From positions 103,726,001 through 103,790,000 of the forward strand of contig NC_090327.1 of NCBI RefSeq assembly GCF_035084215.1: 64,000 nt of DNA, given 5' to 3'. Of the stretch, positions 63,320-64,000 are shown piece after piece. Every line of letters begins with the position of its first letter. Position 1 is the first letter of the stretch. Position numbers and translations under genes: made by a program. The notes under the pieces are model-generated. The model was not told the DNA's origin, made no database searches, and was given only the letters and a program-made list of their open reading frames with translations. The DNA comes from Heptranchias perlo. Taxonomy: Eukaryota.

Positions 63320-64000
63320 GAAATATATGAATATATTTCCATTGAGAAATAAAATCTCCATGGGAAAAGTGATCCACCCATGACTAACTAAAGAAGTTAA
63401 GGAGAGTATTACTTTGAAAGAAGAGGCCTATAATGTTGCCAAGAAGAGTAATAAGCCTGGGGATTGGGAGAGTTTTATAAACCAACAAAGGATGACCAAA
63501 AAATTGATAATAAGGGAGAAAATAGAATCTGAAAGTAAACTAGCAAGAAATATAAAAATGGATTGTAAGAGCTTCTACAAGTATGTAAAAAGGAAAAGAG
63601 TAGCAAAAGTAAACATTGGTCCCTTAGAGGCTGAAACAGGAGAACAACCTCTTTAATGGGGAATCAGGAAATGGCAGATGCATTAAACAAATATTTTTTA
63701 TCTGTCTTCACAGTAGAAGACACAAAAAGCATACTAGAAATAGTAGTGAACCAAGGGGTAAATGAGAGTGAGGAACTTAAAACAATTAATATCACTTGAG
63801 AAAAAGTACTGGACAAACTAATGGGACTAAAAGCCAACAAATCCCTTGGACCTGATGGCCTATACCTTAGATATCTAAAACAGGTGGCTGCAGAGATAGT
63901 GGATGCATTGGTTATGATCTGCCAAAATTCTCTAGATTCTGGAAAGATCCCAATGGACTGGAAAGTAGCAAATGTTACCCCACTATTCAAGAAGTGAGGG
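63320..64000 (+). mobile_element. CR1 LINE ORF2 linker region, cut by the window edge
   Basis: SKLARNIKMDCKSFYKYVKRKR, and ggacctgatggc...gcaaatgttaccccactattcaag (ANVTPLFK). Confidence 0.88.

Noticed and set aside
47573-64000. Preceding PDE1C exon (...NPYHN..HAADV...)
   Set aside because: Not found by eye. The donor-like cttacc at about 58563 has no PDE-like coding sequence next to it.

Overview
Eukaryotic, repeat-rich genomic DNA, most likely from a cartilaginous fish (shark). That is inferred from the repeat families: HER1-like CR1 LINEs, SacSINE1-like DeuSINEs, and Penelope and Harbinger families. The whole window lies inside a calmodulin-dependent phosphodiesterase gene, PDE1C, on the minus strand. 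Five consecutive catalytic-domain exons (47472-47572, 42222-42350, 20812-20913, 18433-18553, 18039-18120) splice in frame at GT-AG sites; I could not find the flanking exons in the window. The introns contain more than 15 CR1-group LINE pieces, several nested; an intact and very young Neptune-type Penelope-like element (RT + GIY-YIG) with direct and inverted pseudo-LTRs and three minimal hammerhead ribozymes; two decayed two-gene Harbinger/PIF transposons plus fragments and MITEs; and SINEs. Most interesting signals: (1) a correctly phased U_UUA_AAC -1 slippery heptamer at the ORF1/ORF2 junction of two divergent CR1 families; (2) a hammerhead-bounded 3066-nt Penelope unit, plus an inverted hammerhead and a 1.1-kb inverted repeat inside the host pre-mRNA; (3) near-identical inverted CR1 copies bracketing three PDE1C exons, a circRNA-type layout; (4) a multi-switch templated inverted insertion inside a LINE. 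TE boundaries were read by eye and are approximate unless stated.
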